A DNA stretch of 64,000 nucleotides from NCBI GenBank assembly GCA_963716255.1, contig OY970303.1, positions 1,024,001-1,088,000 of the forward strand, in the 5' to 3' direction. Below the pieces are notes generated by a model. That model made no database searches and was not told where the DNA came from. It was given only the letters and a program-made list of their open reading frames with translations. This document shows, piece after piece, positions 1 through 8,466 of this stretch (position 1 is the first letter of the stretch; the number at the start of each line of letters is the position of its first letter). This DNA is from an uncultured Gemmatimonadales bacterium (lineage in GTDB: Bacteria > Gemmatimonadota > Gemmatimonadetes > Longimicrobiales > Longimicrobiaceae). A program made the translations under genes and the position numbers.

Positions 1-39
1 GAGCGTCCCACCCCCTCCGCCCCGGGGCTTGAGGGCTTA

Positions 40-55
40 TGCAACCATCGTTCCA
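40..55 (-). promoter_or_regulatory. Candidate sigma54 -24/-12 promoter for a gene beyond the left edge
   Basis: Minus strand reads TGGAACGATGGTTGCA (GG-N10-GC, TTGCA). Confidence 0.55.
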
Positions 56-123
56 GGGGGAAACAGAACCGGGCGCAGATCCATCTGCGCCCGGTATGCC
101 ACGCTCCCCGCCTCCTCACCCCG

Positions 124-297
124 TCACTGGCTGGGCGCCGCGGGCGCCTCCACCGTGGTCTCGTCCACCACCACCGTCTCGTCGTCGTCGCCGCCCAGCA
201 TTTCGCTCGCCCCCCAGATCAGGAGCGCGAGCACGAGAAGGCCGACGATCCACGGCCAGATGCTCCGCTGCTTGCGCTCTACATTGATGTCCGCCAT
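124..297 (-). CDS. Small single-pass membrane protein (57 aa)
   Basis: MADINVERKQRSIWPWIVGLLVLALLIWG...; AAGGAG RBS upstream; one TM helix and an acidic tail. Confidence 0.75.
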   Translation of the reverse strand: MADINVERKQRSIWPWIVGLLVLALLIWGASEMLGGDDDETVVVDETTVEAPAAPSQ

Positions 298-414
298 GAC
301 CCTTCTCCTTGGCTTGGGTTTGCGCCCACAGCCCGCGCCCGCTCGTTCCCGAGCCGCGGTGCCGAAAGGCCGGCGGGCCGGACCCGTTGTCCGCCGCCCG
401 CGGGCCGCCGGAGT

Positions 415-430
415 TGCAAGGACCGCGCCC
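415..430 (-). promoter_or_regulatory. Candidate sigma54 promoter
   Basis: GGGCGCGGTCCTTGCA upstream of 124..297. Confidence 0.5.
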
Positions 431-531
431 TCTTCACCGTGCCGGGCGGTCCCGCTCTTGCCGGGCGACGGGGGACATCGCGCGGAGCTCTTAATCGCCG
501 CGCCCGGGGGAACGCGAGCGAGGAGGCGGGG

Positions 532-1488
532 ATGGAGCGGTGGCCGAGGCGGCTGGGCTTCGCGGTGAAGGTGACGGGGCGTCCCGACATGAAAAGCAAC
601 GACGCGCGCAAGTGGCAGTCGGGGCCGCACCTGCGCGTCTCCATCGGGTACCTGCGCGCCATCCTGGACTACCTGGAGGAGATCGACGTGCGGATGTACC
701 GCATCTCCTCGGACTTCGCGCCATACGCCACCCACCCGGAGATGCCGCAGTTCCACGGTCAGGTGCGCGAGTGCGCGGCGGAGCTGGCGGAGGTGGGACG
801 GGTCGCGCGGGAGCGGGGGATCCGCCTGTCCATGCACCCCTCGCAGTACGTGCTGCTCAGCGCCGTGAACCCGGAGATCACCGCCAAGGGGATCGCGGAC
901 GTGGACTCGCAGGCGGCGCTGCTGGACGCCATGGAGCAGGGGCCGGAGGCGGTGGTGGTGCTGCACCTGGGGGGCGCCTACGGCGACAAGGACGCGGCCA
1001 TGGCCCGCTTCGTGGAGAGCTGGCCTCGCCTGTCGGAGGGGGGGCGGCGCCGGCTGGTGATCGAGAACGACGAGACCATCTACACGGTGGAGGACTGCCT
1101 GCGCGTGCACGAGGCGGTGGGGGTCCCGGTGATCTTCGACCACCAGCACCACAACCTCAACCCCGGCTCGCTCCCCGTGGGCGAGGCCGCGCGCCGCGCG
1201 CTCGCCACCTGGCCCGCCGCCGTGACGCCCAAGATCCATTTCAGCTCGCCGCGGATGGACTCGCGCATCGTCACCCGCGGCAAGCGCGACGTGGAGGCCC
1301 CCCCTCTGCTCTCCCAGCACGCGGACTACGTGAACCCCTGGGAGTTCGCCGGCTTCCTGCGCGAGGTGGGCCCCGAAGCCGACTTCGACGTGATGCTGGA
1401 GGCCAAGATGAAGGACTCGGCGCTGCTGAAGCTGCGGCGGGACCTGACGAAGTACCGGCTGTGGGGAGGGGGGAACGGAAGTGCGTGA
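532..1488 (+). CDS. uvsE: UV DNA damage endonuclease (UvdE/UvsE family)
   Basis: RMYRISS, RLSMHPSQY, VVLHLGG, LVIENDE, IFDHQHH, KIHFSS, DVMLEAKMKD motifs; AGGAGG RBS before ATG 532. Confidence 0.9.
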   Translation: MERWPRRLGFAVKVTGRPDMKSNDARKWQSGPHLRVSIGYLRAILDYLEEIDVRMYRISSDFAPYATHPEMPQFHGQVRECAAELAEVGRVARERGIRLSMHPSQYVLLSAVNPEITAKGIADVDSQAALLDAMEQGPEAVVVLHLGGAYGDKDAAMARFVESWPRLSEGGRRRLVIENDETIYTVEDCLRVHEAVGVPVIFDHQHHNLNPGSLPVGEAARRALATWPAAVTPKIHFSSPRMDSRIVTRGKRDVEAPPLLSQHADYVNPWEFAGFLREVGPEADFDVMLEAKMKDSALLKLRRDLTKYRLWGGGNGSA

Positions 1489-1677
1489 TTACGAAAGTTC
1501 GTGAGTGCGGAGTTGACCGGCGGCCCGGCGCGTCGTACGCGCCGTGCCGCTCGCCGGCAGTGAGGCCGGCCCATCGCGTTCACGAGGTCGTTGCCTTCCG
1601 ACGGAATGGCGCTTAACGTGCCCGCTGCCTCCTGCGCCGCACCTCGCGTGGGTCTACCGCCTTCACCGGAGGACGTC

Positions 1678-1908
1678 ATGAGCCGTTCGTGGATCCGCTT
1701 GCGTCGAGTGCTTTTCGGGGTCTCCTGCGCGGTCGTGTTCGGGGTGGGCGCCGCCGATGCGACCGCGGCGGGCAGCGAGAAGCTGGCGATGGCCTGTTCC
1801 TGCAGGGCGAGCCCGTACCCCTATCTCGTCTTCTGCTCGCAGTGTCCCAGCGGCGTCGCCCGGTGCGATGGCAGAAGCCTGACCCCGGTCTGCGAGGACT
1901 CACGCTAG
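1678..1908 (+). CDS. Small secreted Cys-rich peptide (76 aa)
   Basis: GGAGG RBS; basic/hydrophobic signal peptide ending ADA/ATA; six Cys in the mature part. Confidence 0.6.
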   Translation: MSRSWIRLRRVLFGVSCAVVFGVGAADATAAGSEKLAMACSCRASPYPYLVFCSQCPSGVARCDGRSLTPVCEDSR

Positions 1909-2032
1909 CCTGCCGGTCACCTGAACGGCAGGCCACGATGGAAGATCGGCCCCGCGCTCCGGAAGCGCGGGGCCGACTTCGTTCCGTGCAGCGGGACGTC
2001 GCGCTCCCGCACGCTCCCGGCGAATCCCCGGG

Positions 2033-2560
2033 TCAGCCGGCGCGCAGCTGCTCCAGCACCTCGCTGCCGGCGAGACCATCCATCTCGGTGCGCACGGGGA
2101 AGGTGAGCACGCCGGCGGCACGCTCGGCGAACACCTCCTTGACCCGGGACACGTCGTGCTCCTCCACCAGCACCACGTACGCGGAGCTGTCGCGGGGGAT
2201 CGCCTCGGCCACGCGGGCCAGGTCGTCGGCGGGGATGATGCGGCCGGCGAAGTGGCCCACCAGCCCGCCCAGGATCCCCCCGGCCGCGACCATGGCCAGC
2301 AGCACCCACGGCCCGCCCACCAGCCCCAGGATCGTGGCCGCCGCCACGCCGAAGCTCCCTCCCACGACCGCGGCGCCCGGATCGTGCACGTGCACCTTGC
2401 CGTTTGCCTCGTGCGAGACGAGCGCGTCGGCCTCCACCTCGTCGTGGTGCCAGCCCTCGGCCTTCATGTCGCGGACGGCCTCGTGGGCGCCGTGCACGCC
2501 CGGGAAGCGGAAGAGGACGATGCAGAGCTGAGGGACGTGCCATTCGGTTTCGTCCGCCAT
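2033..2560 (-). CDS. DUF1269-like membrane protein
   Basis: Gly-rich hydrophobic hairpin (GAAVVGG...ILGLVGGP...GGILGGLVG) between alpha/beta segments; GGAGGTG RBS. Confidence 0.7.
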   Translation of the reverse strand: MADETEWHVPQLCIVLFRFPGVHGAHEAVRDMKAEGWHHDEVEADALVSHEANGKVHVHDPGAAVVGGSFGVAAATILGLVGGPWVLLAMVAAGGILGGLVGHFAGRIIPADDLARVAEAIPRDSSAYVVLVEEHDVSRVKEVFAERAAGVLTFPVRTEMDGLAGSEVLEQLRAG

Positions 2561-2815
2561 GGTGCACCTCCAGGGCAGGGCCCGGCGAGGGTGAACGGCG
2601 AAGCGCGCCCCGGGCGCCGGTGGGACCCGGTGCCGGAGGCGCGCTCGGTAGGGACGGTGCCGAGTGATCCCATGGGATCGCCTCGCGCTGCGGGAGACCG
2701 GAGGCGCGCTCGCCGCCCGGGAACGGCGTGCTCCCGCGGGCGCTCTGGCGGCGGCTCCGGGTGTCGGAACCAAGTTATGTAGAGGGATGCGCCGGTCCAA
2801 GGAATTCGGTGCGGG

Positions 2816-2863
2816 CCCCCGCCCGGCTCGCTCGAGGCTCGCCACCCTCCCCGATTCTGGGGG
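2816..2863 (-). repeat. Short GC-rich double-hairpin repeat, family R3
   Basis: Consensus CCCTCCCCCAGAATYGGGGGAGGGTGGCGAGCCTC..GCGAGCCGGGTGGGGG; other copies at ~10914-10966, 18668-18720, 30277-30329, 32433-32482, 38382-38444, 44681-44732, 46874-46922. Confidence 0.8.
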
Positions 2864-2893
2864 CCGAACGCCGCCCCGAGCCTCGCTTGTCGG

Positions 2894-3664
2894 TCAGTTG
2901 CAGAGCGATCGGTCAACGTACCGCTTCCGCCCGCTCGCAGAGTAGGTATAGCACCCACCACGCGGGCCCGTGTAATACCCGCGGTCCGCAGCGCTGTAGC
3001 TTGGTCGACCGCTACCGGCCGAGCTGCCGTAGCCGGCGCGCCGCGAGGTGGAACTCGCCGCTCGCGGCGCGTAGGAGCGCACCTGTTCGCTGGCCCGGTA
3101 CAGGTAACCCGCCGGGACCCCGCTCCCACCGGGCAAAAACACTGCGGCCCATCCGTTCGTGTCCTTCGGCCCAAGGCGGACACGCTCCCCTCGCTTCACG
3201 GTCCAAAGCACGGCGTGCTCTTCGCCTGGCCCGCTCCGCACGTTCATCGCAGAGTGGACGTAGAAGTCGTCCTTTGCCCCGCCCGGTGCTACAGCTGTAT
3301 CAGCGACGTACAGGCCATTTCCACCGTACGGCTCCGGGTTGATCACCGATTCGTCGTTCGAGAACATGCCCGCCACCATCACCAAGAGGATGAAGCCGAG
3401 CATCCCCATGCACCCACACCCCATGCACCCGGATTGAGTAGAGCCCGCGGTCGGGTCTCCTGGACCTGGGGCTGCACCGCCGCCGCCGATCTTCTCCCGG
3501 TAGCTCAGGCCCGTCCCCGGTATCCCCGCGTTCACATACGTGCCCCGCTGGCCGATGTTGATGCTGGCGCCCCGTCCGCCGATGGTCGTGCTGAGCCCCT
3601 TCTTGCCCACGTTCAGGCGGACGCCGGGCGCGATCTTGAACGAGCGCCGGAAGCGGAATCCCAT
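2894..3664 (-). CDS. DUF4236 domain + TM + SH3-like domain + short basic C-terminal domain protein
   Basis: MGFRFRRSFKIAPGVRLNVGKKG...GIPGTGLSYR (DUF4236-type); TM; MNVRSGPG (SH3b-type); C-terminal YTGPRGGCYTY..SGRKRYV. Confidence 0.75.
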   Translation of the reverse strand: MGFRFRRSFKIAPGVRLNVGKKGLSTTIGGRGASINIGQRGTYVNAGIPGTGLSYREKIGGGGAAPGPGDPTAGSTQSGCMGCGCMGMLGFILLVMVAGMFSNDESVINPEPYGGNGLYVADTAVAPGGAKDDFYVHSAMNVRSGPGEEHAVLWTVKRGERVRLGPKDTNGWAAVFLPGGSGVPAGYLYRASEQVRSYAPRAASSTSRRAGYGSSAGSGRPSYSAADRGYYTGPRGGCYTYSASGRKRYVDRSLCN

Positions 3665-3668
3665 GGCA

Positions 3669-4811
3669 TCATCCCAGGTCGGCAATCCGCGCCCGATACG
3701 CGGCGAGCAGTTGAGCGTCCACGTCCTGCAGGTTGTCGGTCTGAACCGACTCGCCGCCCGTGAATTCAAAACGGTAGCGCGGGCTGGAACCCTCCCAGAA
3801 GTTGAACAGCTTCCCCTTACGCTCCTGCTTGTAGCAGACCGAGAACACCGTCTTATAGTCCATCGGGAACAGGTGCCGAAGGCGGGTAAACGCTTCCTCG
3901 TCTCCACCAACCAGGAACGCGAGCCGGCTACGGACATGCTCGAAGACTGCCCGCTCCGTGTCAGTCGTGACCACAGCGGCGGCATCTTCCTTTCTCGCTT
4001 CCGGCACCACCTCTGGCGTGGGTGCAGGTGCGGCGCCCACGGCTTCCGGCGCGGCGGGCCTCACCCTCACCAGATCCTCCCGGTCAGCGAATCCGACACG
4101 CTCCAGAAGGCGACGGTCGAGCACCGTCTGTAATGCGTTGGCGATGATCGGCGTACGCTCCTCGATCAGCCGATTCGTGCGGCGGCCATCGATCTGCGAG
4201 AGGTCCATCAGCAGCCGGACGAACGACTCCCCGGGCGCGTCAAAGTTGGTTTCCAGAGCGGCGACGTAGCTGGCCGTGTACAGCCTGCGGCGAGCGTCGG
4301 CGCCGACGTCCGCCGGGTTGAACGCATCCCGCCGCAACTTCATCAGCGCGTCCAGCGCGTTTCCAGGCACCCGCTCCTGCGCTACCTCTGACAGGTCCAC
4401 CGTCACGAAGGGCTGGTCGTCCATCATGTTCTCCAGCCCCGTATCCGTGTAGAGCTGCCACACCAGGCCGTCCGTCAGGATCCCGAGCTTCACCGAAGGG
4501 ACAGCATTGTAGTAGCCCTTCAGCTCCCCGCGGTTGGCCTCGGACAGCGTGCCGACCTTCTTGCTCTCAACGGCGATAACCGGCTCGAATCCCTTACATA
4601 TGGCAAAGTCTACCCGGTTCTTGAACTTGTCGGAGAATGATGCGTGCGCCTCCGGAATGATCTCGTCCGGGTTGAGCGGATCGTACCCGAGCAGCTGGAA
4701 GAAGGGGAGCACCAGGTACTGATTCGTTGCCGCTTCAGTGAGGGCGCGGCCGGCGCGGTCGAGCGAGGTCTGGGCGTGGGCGATGAGGCGGGCGCGGAAG
4801 TCTTCCGACAT
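3669..4811 (-). CDS. Type I restriction HsdR N-terminal-like PD-(D/E)XK nuclease protein, no helicase domain
   Basis: TEAATNQYLVLPFFQLLGYD, RVDFAI, AVESKK, GILTDGLVWQLYTD motifs. Confidence 0.75.
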   Translation of the reverse strand: MSEDFRARLIAHAQTSLDRAGRALTEAATNQYLVLPFFQLLGYDPLNPDEIIPEAHASFSDKFKNRVDFAICKGFEPVIAVESKKVGTLSEANRGELKGYYNAVPSVKLGILTDGLVWQLYTDTGLENMMDDQPFVTVDLSEVAQERVPGNALDALMKLRRDAFNPADVGADARRRLYTASYVAALETNFDAPGESFVRLLMDLSQIDGRRTNRLIEERTPIIANALQTVLDRRLLERVGFADREDLVRVRPAAPEAVGAAPAPTPEVVPEARKEDAAAVVTTDTERAVFEHVRSRLAFLVGGDEEAFTRLRHLFPMDYKTVFSVCYKQERKGKLFNFWEGSSPRYRFEFTGGESVQTDNLQDVDAQLLAAYRARIADLG

Positions 4812-5125
4812 CAATAGCTCCGGAGCGGGTGGCAGGTGGAACCAGGCGGGGAGCCGCAGGGGAAATCCAGCGCGTGCGGGAGAATCGCACGCTAACACCG
4901 AACAATTTTGCGTGGAAGGGCGACTGCGTCCCATTCTACGCGGTAGACTCAGGCGGGGAGCCGTGCCGTGTGGGTGCAATGTGCGCATCAGAAAGCAGGA
5001 CGGGAAAGATGGCCCGCAAATAGGGAAGCTCGCAAATCCGTGGAAAGAGAGTGGAATTGTCAGCCCGCCCTGTATGCCTGCCGACGCGAGCCGTTGCAGT
5101 TCCGCAGTACCCCCATGATCTGTTG

Positions 5126-5252
5126 CGGAGGGAGACAGCCGGGCAGTTTCGGCTGGCTCCCTCCGGCGGAGCGAGACACGGGGCCGTTTCCGTGGCTCGC
5201 GGAGCCCGCGTAGGAAACAGGCCGGCAGTTTGGCCTGGTTCCGGAGCGGCCC
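5126..5252 (+). repeat. Structured intergenic repeat family R2 (three GAGAC-stem-loop-GGCTC arms), copy a
   Basis: CGGAGGGAGAC...GGCTC x3...CCGGAGCGGCCC; six copies in the window. Confidence 0.9.
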
Positions 5253-5260
5253 CAACGCAG

Positions 5261-5291
5261 GAGGCCGCCCCGGACACCCCGGAGCGGCCTC
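5261..5291. terminator. GC-rich hairpin just downstream of pilT
   Basis: GAGGCCGC..CCGG ACACC CCGG..GCGGCCTC; no clear U-tract. Confidence 0.4.
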
Positions 5292-5316
5292 GAACGACTC
5301 GCCTGACTCTGAAGGA

Positions 5317-6399
5317 TCAGCCCGCCGCGGCCAGCGACCCCGGCTTGTCCAGGTACTGCTTGAACATGCCCTTGTCGTGGGCCTTGGCGTACGCCTCCTC
5401 CGCCTCCACCTGCCCGGACATGAGCAGCGCCAGGATGGACTGGTCCATCTGGACCATCCCGTCCTTCTTGCCGGTCTGGATCAGTGACGGGATCTGGAAG
5501 GTCTTTCCCTCACGGATCATGTTGGCGATGGCCGGCGTCCCCACCAGGATCTCGTGCGCCGCCGCCCGCCCGGAGCCCCCCTTCTTGCGCAGGAGCTGCT
5601 GCGCCACCACCCCCCGCAGCGACTCGGAGAGCATGGCCCGCACCTGCTCCTGCTGGTCGGCGGGAAAGGTGTCGATGATGCGGTCCACCGTCTTGTGCGC
5701 GCTGTTGGTGTGCAGTGTCCCGAAGACCAGGTGCCCCGTTTCGGCGGCGGTGAGGCCCAGCGAAATGGTCTCGCGGTCGCGCATCTCGCCCACCAGGATC
5801 ACGTCCGGGTCCTCGCGCAGCGCCGCCTTGAGCGCCGACGCGAAGCTCTGCGTGTGCGGCCCCACCTCGCGCTGGTTCACCAGCGCCTTCTTGTTGGGGT
5901 GCACGAACTCGATGGGGTCCTCCACCGTGAGGATGTGCTCCGGGCGCGTTTCGTTGATCAGGTCGATCATCGCCGCCAGGGTGGTGGACTTCCCCGAGCC
6001 GGTGGGCCCGGTCACCAGCACCAGCCCCTTGTTGAGGCGGGTGAAGGCGCGGATCGCCTCCGGCAGCTTCAGGTCGTCCGCGGAAAGCACCTTGGAGGGG
6101 ATGACGCGGAAGACCGCGCCCATCCCCCGGTGCTGCATGAACACGTTGCCGCGGAAGCGCGCCGTCCCCGGGATCTCGTAGGCGAAGTCCAGGTCGCGCG
6201 TGGCGTCGTAGCGCTCCTTCTGCTCGGGGCGCAGGATCTCGAAGAGGAGCGTCTGCATGTCCGCGGCGGCCAGGTCGCGGAACTTGATGCGCTGCAGGTG
6301 GCCGTGCACCCGCATCACCGGCGGGCTCCCGCAGCTGAGGTGCAGGTCCGAGCCCCCGTGCTGGACGAGGAGCTTGAGGAACTGGTCAATCTGCGGCAT
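5317..6399 (-). CDS. pilT: Type IV pilus retraction ATPase PilT
   Basis: GPTGSGKSTT, TVEDPIE, ALREDPDVILVGEMRD, AAETGHLVFGTLHT. Confidence 0.95.
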   Translation of the reverse strand: MPQIDQFLKLLVQHGGSDLHLSCGSPPVMRVHGHLQRIKFRDLAAADMQTLLFEILRPEQKERYDATRDLDFAYEIPGTARFRGNVFMQHRGMGAVFRVIPSKVLSADDLKLPEAIRAFTRLNKGLVLVTGPTGSGKSTTLAAMIDLINETRPEHILTVEDPIEFVHPNKKALVNQREVGPHTQSFASALKAALREDPDVILVGEMRDRETISLGLTAAETGHLVFGTLHTNSAHKTVDRIIDTFPADQQEQVRAMLSESLRGVVAQQLLRKKGGSGRAAAHEILVGTPAIANMIREGKTFQIPSLIQTGKKDGMVQMDQSILALLMSGQVEAEEAYAKAHDKGMFKQYLDKPGSLAAAG

Positions 6400-7606
6400 C
6401 TGCGGCCTCGTGGCGTGTCCAGAGCAGGGCGTCTCCCTCGCGGCGGAGGACGAGACGGAAATCGGCGTCGGCGGCGGCCCCGCCGCGAAGGCGGGCCACC
6501 ACCAGCGGAGCGGCGTGGCGCGCGGCTTCGACGTCGGTGGGCGCGGCCGCGGCCGCGGCCACGTCCAGCGACAGCGCGTCGAGCGCGAAGGGGTGGAGTG
6601 CGGCCAGCGACTCGCGCAGCGACTCGCCCACCGGCACGGTGATGGCGGCGCCGGCGGCCGCCGCCGCGCCGTCCGACAGGTGCACCGAGCGGGGCTCGCG
6701 CTCCAGCAGCAGCGCCGGGAGCCCGGGGAGGGCGCGCTCCAGCGCCGCCTCGTCGTCGGACCCCGCCTCCACCACCACGGTCCCGTGGCGCAGCGCGCGG
6801 GCCACGGCGGCGCGCGCGTCGGGGTCCACCCAGGCGGCCGGCTCGGCGGTCTCCTGCCCGGTGATCCGCGCGGCCCACTCCAGCGCAGCGCCCTCGCCCA
6901 CGGCGTGGCACTCCGCGCTCCACGCCAGCCCGGACAGCGAGATGCGCGCCGACCAGCGGCGCACTCCGGGCGCGGAGGTGGAATCGGGGAAGGGCGACAC
7001 CAGGCGCGCCAGCTCGGCGAGCACGTCGCCGTCCAGCGCGCGGTGCGTCACCGCCTGCCGCCGCGACCAGCCGCCGGCGTGCCCGGGACGGACGGACACG
7101 CCCACCTCCTCGGCGCCGGACTCCAGCGCCTCCAGCAGGAAGCGGAGCACGGGGACGGGCGAGATGTCCGGCTCGCCGTGCACCGCGTCGATCAGCGCGC
7201 GCAGCGTCGCGGGGGTGGCAAGCGCCGCCTCCACGTTGGCGGCGCCCGTGAACTGCTGCACCTCGATCAGCCGCCCCAGGTCGCGCGGGTCCGAGAGCAC
7301 TACCGTGACCGTGTCGCCGTCGCGCAGCACCGGGAGCACCAGGTGCTCGCGCGCCCACCCGGACGGGACCAGCGACGCCACGCTGCGGTCGATGCCGTCC
7401 GGTCGCAGGTTGACGAAGGGAAGGTCGTACTGGTCGGCGAGCCCCCACTTCACCTCGGCGGGGGTGGCCAGCTCCAGCGCCACGAGCGCATCGCCGAAGT
7501 ACCCGCCCCACTCGCGCTGGTAGGCGAGGGCGCGCTCCACGTCGTCGGGGGAGATCCGGCCCAGTCCCACCAGGATCTCGCCGATGGTTGTGCTCCTCTT
7601 GCGCAT
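6386..7606 (-). CDS. MshEN/GspE-N domain protein with a degenerate C-terminal region
   Basis: IGEILVGLGRISPDDVERALAYQ...FGDALVALEL...GLADQYDLPFV; no Walker A seen; overlaps the pilT start. Confidence 0.7.
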   Translation of the reverse strand: MRKRSTTIGEILVGLGRISPDDVERALAYQREWGGYFGDALVALELATPAEVKWGLADQYDLPFVNLRPDGIDRSVASLVPSGWAREHLVLPVLRDGDTVTVVLSDPRDLGRLIEVQQFTGAANVEAALATPATLRALIDAVHGEPDISPVPVLRFLLEALESGAEEVGVSVRPGHAGGWSRRQAVTHRALDGDVLAELARLVSPFPDSTSAPGVRRWSARISLSGLAWSAECHAVGEGAALEWAARITGQETAEPAAWVDPDARAAVARALRHGTVVVEAGSDDEAALERALPGLPALLLEREPRSVHLSDGAAAAAGAAITVPVGESLRESLAALHPFALDALSLDVAAAAAAPTDVEAARHAAPLVVARLRGGAAADADFRLVLRREGDALLWTRHEAADAAD

Positions 7607-7752
7607 GCTCTCTTCGGAAGCTCGGCCGGTGCGCCGGGGCGGCCCGCCGGAGGGCGGGCGCGCGCGGCGCGGGAATTCGCGGCGGGGGGCGCCGCCGTGC
7701 GGCTACGCCCCCGCCGTGTCCAAGTATCGGCAGGTGCGGCCGCCCGCCGGCA

Positions 7753-8466
7753 TCACGCGCCGGGGGCCGGCACCCGCCCGAGCGCCTCCAGGGCGAGCGC
7801 GACCTCCGGGCCGATCTGCTCCGGCAGGACGGGGGCCTCGATGATGATCGGCACGCGGCGCGGGATCAGTTCCGCGATCTCCCGGCAGGCGCGGACCGCC
7901 GCCCGCGTGAGGCGGACGTGCGCGCTGGCCCCGTCCAGCTCGCTGACGTGCACCTGGGCGAGCCGGCCGCCGAACTCGCGCAGGATGTCGCGGGCCCCGT
8001 CCATCGACGGGTCGAGCTGGCGCGCGTGGGCGACGTCGAAGCAGAGCGTCGCCTCCGGGACGCGCCCGAACACGGTCCTCAGCTCCTCCGCCGTGCGCCC
8101 GGCGGACTTGCGCCGGTCCATGTTCTCGATGCAGAGCAGCGGGCCGAAGCCGTCCCATCGCTCCCAGCGGTGCACCGCGTCGGGGTGGACGATCACCGGC
8201 CACCCGCGCCGCAGCGCCAGCTCCCGCAGCGCGGCCGCGGCCGCCGCCTCGTCCCGCTCCGCGAAGGCGCTGGGGGCGTGCACGGACACGTGGGCGAACC
8301 GGGACAGGTCGAGCGCGGGGATCGCCGCCAGCAGCGGCGCCAGCTCGCTCCACCGCAGCGCGGACAGCTCGACCGCCGTGGTGCTCCCGCCGGCCAGCAG
8401 CGCCAGGGCGGAGCGGAAGTCGGACGCCGCCAGGGAGCCGGTGGAAAAGCCGATGGGCTCCATCAT
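7753..8466 (-). CDS. Xylose isomerase/AP-endonuclease-2-like TIM-barrel protein
   Basis: IGFSTGSL, SVHAP, IVHPD, IENMD, CFDVAH, QVHVS, IIIE; TGATG overlap with the upstream gene. Confidence 0.7.
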   Translation of the reverse strand: MMEPIGFSTGSLAASDFRSALALLAGGSTTAVELSALRWSELAPLLAAIPALDLSRFAHVSVHAPSAFAERDEAAAAAALRELALRRGWPVIVHPDAVHRWERWDGFGPLLCIENMDRRKSAGRTAEELRTVFGRVPEATLCFDVAHARQLDPSMDGARDILREFGGRLAQVHVSELDGASAHVRLTRAAVRACREIAELIPRRVPIIIEAPVLPEQIGPEVALALEALGRVPAPGA

